Origin: the human T2T-CHM13v2.0 reference genome, Homo sapiens
Strand: one strand, 5' to 3'
Length of the DNA stretch: 64,000 nucleotides
NCBI RefSeq assembly: GCF_009914755.1
Contig: NC_060942.1
The notes beneath the pieces are model-generated. The model ran no database searches and had not been told where the DNA came from. It saw only the letters and a list, made by a program, of their open reading frames with translations. Position numbers and translations under genes: made by a program. Positions 60,801 through 64,000 of the stretch are shown in pieces. Position 1 is the stretch's first letter; each line of letters starts with the position of its first letter.

Positions 60801-62459
60801 GAGGCAGGCCTGGCTGCAGTTAGTACTGGAGTGAGGGTAGCTCTGCTTTACCCTGAGAGGGGCAGGCGGTGGGTTTGGGAGGCATGGATACAATCTGGAA
60901 GTACTTGGATGGCCATGGGACAGTTTCTCTTGTCCCTCAGTGTCCATGAAAGTGGGGTTTACATAAATTGAAAGTACAACCAAATTAGGTCAATTTCTGG
61001 AGGGCTTTTTTCTGATCATGTGTGTGCATGTATGCATGCATGCATGTGTGTGTGTGCATGTGTGCGTCTGAAATACTGAGGAGCTCATGAGGGTTGTGCC
61101 ACACCCCTGGACATCCACAGCCCTGCTATCAGTGTCCAAATGACCTTATTTCCTCTGACACTGTGTGCCTTCTTCTCCTAAGAAGTCTTGTCTTCCTGAC
61201 CACTCCAAGGACCTTGGGGGCTAGGACCATGTTGGAGCCCTTGGGGACCTCCACAACTTGGCCTAGTCACTCTTCTCTGGGAAGCTCTCCCCCACCAGCT
61301 CTCCTGTCCCCCCATATCCCTGGAGCTCCCAGGTAGGAACCAATTGAGTCCCCTCAGGCCGGTGTGGGAGGCAGGGCTCAGTTTGTGTGGCTGGACAGCA
61401 TCATATCATCTCTGGCTTAGGGTGGGCAGGGGCTAGTGTATGCCTGTCTTGCATTTCTTTGGGGAAACATTTGTCCCCAAGACATTTATATGTGTATTAA
61501 ATGATGACTGATGTGTAGTACAGCCCTGCCTTAGGCTCCTAGGAGGTAGACATGAACACTACAGGGTCCTGTCCTCAGAGGTCACACAATGACTTCTGGT
61601 CCTGGGGATGGCCCACCTCTGCCACTCAAGGCCACAGCAAGGTGCTGATGGCTCCTGCTTCCTTCATCACCTCCCTCTTGCCCAGGCTCAGCCTTGGAGC
61701 CATTAGCCATGTGACTCTGTCTGGTTAGAATGAGTAAAGCAGTTTTGTATTAATGCAGGGACCTGGGGAGATTTGGCCATTAAATGTTACATTAGACCCA
61801 AGGTGTCCTGTACACGCTCCCGGTGGAGTTTTTCAGGCAGCCTTGGCTGGGGGGCCTCGGTGAGGGGGAACGTGCTGGAACTAACAACCAGGTGGGGAGG
61901 AGGGGAGGCTGGGCTGCGCTCTCCTCCTGGAGCTCCGAGGACATCCTAGAGAACTGAGGAGGAAGGGCAGGCACGTCCTTGCTCCCATTCAGCCCCACCA
62001 GGCCTTGCTGGCCATGGCTGGGTGCCCAGTTTGTCTCAGGCCCAGTGTGAAGCATCCAGGCTCAGCCCGCTGTCCCAGGGCAGCCCTGATTTCACTTCTT
62101 CTACCATCTGAGGAGCATTTCCTCCATGTCAGACCAGATGTCCTCAGCTTCAGCTCCAAAAATACAGCCACAGGAGGGAAGGGAGGCACAGAGGAGAAGT
62201 GGTGTCTCCTTCCTTGGAGGAGGTGGGGCCCACAGGGAATAATTAATAAATGGCACCGGTTCAATTTAAAATACAACTAACTGTATCCTGTGGGGCAGGT
62301 GATTATTGCAATGAGTGGCCTGGAGGGGAGAGCGAGGATATTGGCTGCAGTCATCTAGTCTTTCTGTCAACCTATTTACCCCTTGCAATCACCTACTCAT
62401 CCACCTATCTACCTACCTAACTACCCATCTGTCTAACTAGCCATTCCCCTGCTTATCCT

Positions 62460-62600
62460 CCAAGGACCTTGGACAAACTACAGACCCTCTGGGCCTTGGT
62501 TTCCCTGTTGCAAATGGAGATAACAATTCTCCCCTGATCTCCTGAGCTTGTTTAAAGGATTGGATGGACTTAAAGATGATCCGTAAAGTGGTGCAAGGAA
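62460..62600 (+). mobile_element. MIR fragment
   Basis: gaccttggacaaa...ctctgggccttggtttccctgttgcaaatggagataaca. Confidence 0.75.
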
Positions 62601-62899
62601 TGTGAATATTAGATAGTGGATGCATTATTTTTGTTGTCAACGTTACTACCACCACAACCGTATCTGCCGCTGCTGATACCTAGACCGTTCTTGCCTTGAG
62701 ATCATTTTCAGACTGTCTCTCCCCGCTGGACCAGTGACTCTGGACATCCACTGAAGGAAGGCTTGGGATTTGTTTTTAAAGATCTCCCAGCCACGGAGGG
62801 TGGGGCAGATCCTGAAGGAAGCTCCAGCCAGCCAGCTCCCTGTCTGCTTTCCAGATGCCAGGGAGCTGGCTCCTCCCTACCTCCCAGAACTCAACAATG

Positions 62900-62900
<1 letters not shown>

Positions 62901-62941
<41 letters not shown>

Positions 62942-62946
62942 ACACA
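62901..62946. repeat. (TG)~19 microsatellite
   Basis: Direct read of the sequence. Confidence 0.97.
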
Positions 62947-63525
62947 CGGGGGAGATGGGAACTGGGGAGCAGGCCTGTGGGGGCTGTAAGTGCATTAGTG
63001 GCTGGGATGGTTGCTGGGAGACGGCAGACAGATGCCGGATATGTTTGTATTTTCCAATGTTAAGGCCTCAGAACCAGAAAAAACAAACCAGGAGTTTCAA
63101 AATGAGGAGGCTAATTGTTCGGATGGGAAGATATTATTTACAGTAATGGGGCAATTAGGTAGGAGGGGTAGAAAGAGTCAGGGTGGTTTGGCTGCGGCAG
63201 CCTAGTCCAGCCCCCATGGGGACGAGGTGGCAGCCAGGGACTATTATCTTGAGTCAGACCATCTGCTTTGTGGTCACCCTCTATCTTGCAAGATCACCCT
63301 CTTTTGGGGAAGGTGCATATTAAACAGAAGGGGACACCTATCCACCCAGGGTTTCAGGAGTGGCAGCCAGCTTGCCTCCCCACTCACCACTAGGCTTGTG
63401 GCCTGGGGAGCATTCTATTCTTGAAGGCCCAGTGCAGTCCTCCTCCCTCAGGAAGTCCTCCTGACGACTGCAACTCACACCCATTCCCCCTCCTCAGAAC
63501 TCCCCTGAATCTCCACACCTGAACT

Positions 63526-63668
63526 GCAAAGACCCTAGATGACACGGTGCGTCACCAAAACCGCAAAGACCCTAGATGACACCGTGGGTCACCCAAACCG
63601 CAAAGAACCTAGATGACACAGTGCGTCACCCAAACCGCAAAGACCCTAGATGACACGGTGTGTCACCC
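63526..63668. repeat. 37-bp minisatellite, ~3.9 copies
   Basis: Unit gcaaagaccctagatgacacggtgcgtcacccaaacc starting at 63526, 63563, 63600 and 63637. Confidence 0.96.
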
Positions 63669-64000
63669 TTTACCTGGGGCATTTCCTTTATTGGGTGCCC
63701 CACTGGCTCCTGCTGGCACAAAGCTGGGCCTGGCCAGACTTGTGGACAAAGGATGAATTACCCAGGGGCTTTGGGAGGGTGAATGGAGGAGGAGAAGAAA
63801 GGGATAAAAATCAGCAGCAGCAGCTCAATGGAAGGAACAAATTAAAAAAATGACGAACATGGCTTCTGTAGGGACCCATGCCTCCAGGCCCACATTCATC
63901 CACCTGCTTGCCAAGTCGTGACATAAAGAAATAAAGATGGAAGTTGAGAATCCACACTCAATACGCACCAAACTCTTAGATCTCAGATTGATTCTCACTA

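Noticed and set aside
63526-63668. CRISPR-like 37-bp palindromic repeats
   Set aside because: Head-to-tail tandem units with no unique spacers, no cas genes, and a primate context.

Overview
Primate (human/great-ape type) non-coding genomic DNA, identified by AluY, AluS and AluJ copies plus MIR, L2, MaLR/ERVL LTRs and MADE1. It is GC-rich. I find no supportable protein-coding exon, RNA gene or processed pseudogene; the listed ORFs come from microsatellites, Alus or GC-rich background. The window reads like an intergenic or large-intron cis-regulatory landscape. It has one orphan CpG island (~15.55-16.15 kb) carrying a canonical SOX-OCT composite site and an RFX-like X-box, a CTCF site with its upstream motif (~7.65 kb), and many short AT-rich, homeodomain/POU-motif-dense blocks resembling conserved non-coding enhancers. 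Alus are unusually sparse and I see no L1. The most distinctive unexplained structures are: a 137-bp non-TE direct duplication 2,766 bp apart, with CpG-only differences and templated junction fragments; a 23-bp exact dispersed repeat; an inverted pair of extended octamer sites; a ~58-nt hairpin in unique sequence; and a 37-bp palindromic minisatellite. I cannot assign the locus from sequence alone and see no evidence of a novel multi-gene system. All motif and repeat calls are by eye, and repeat boundaries are approximate.
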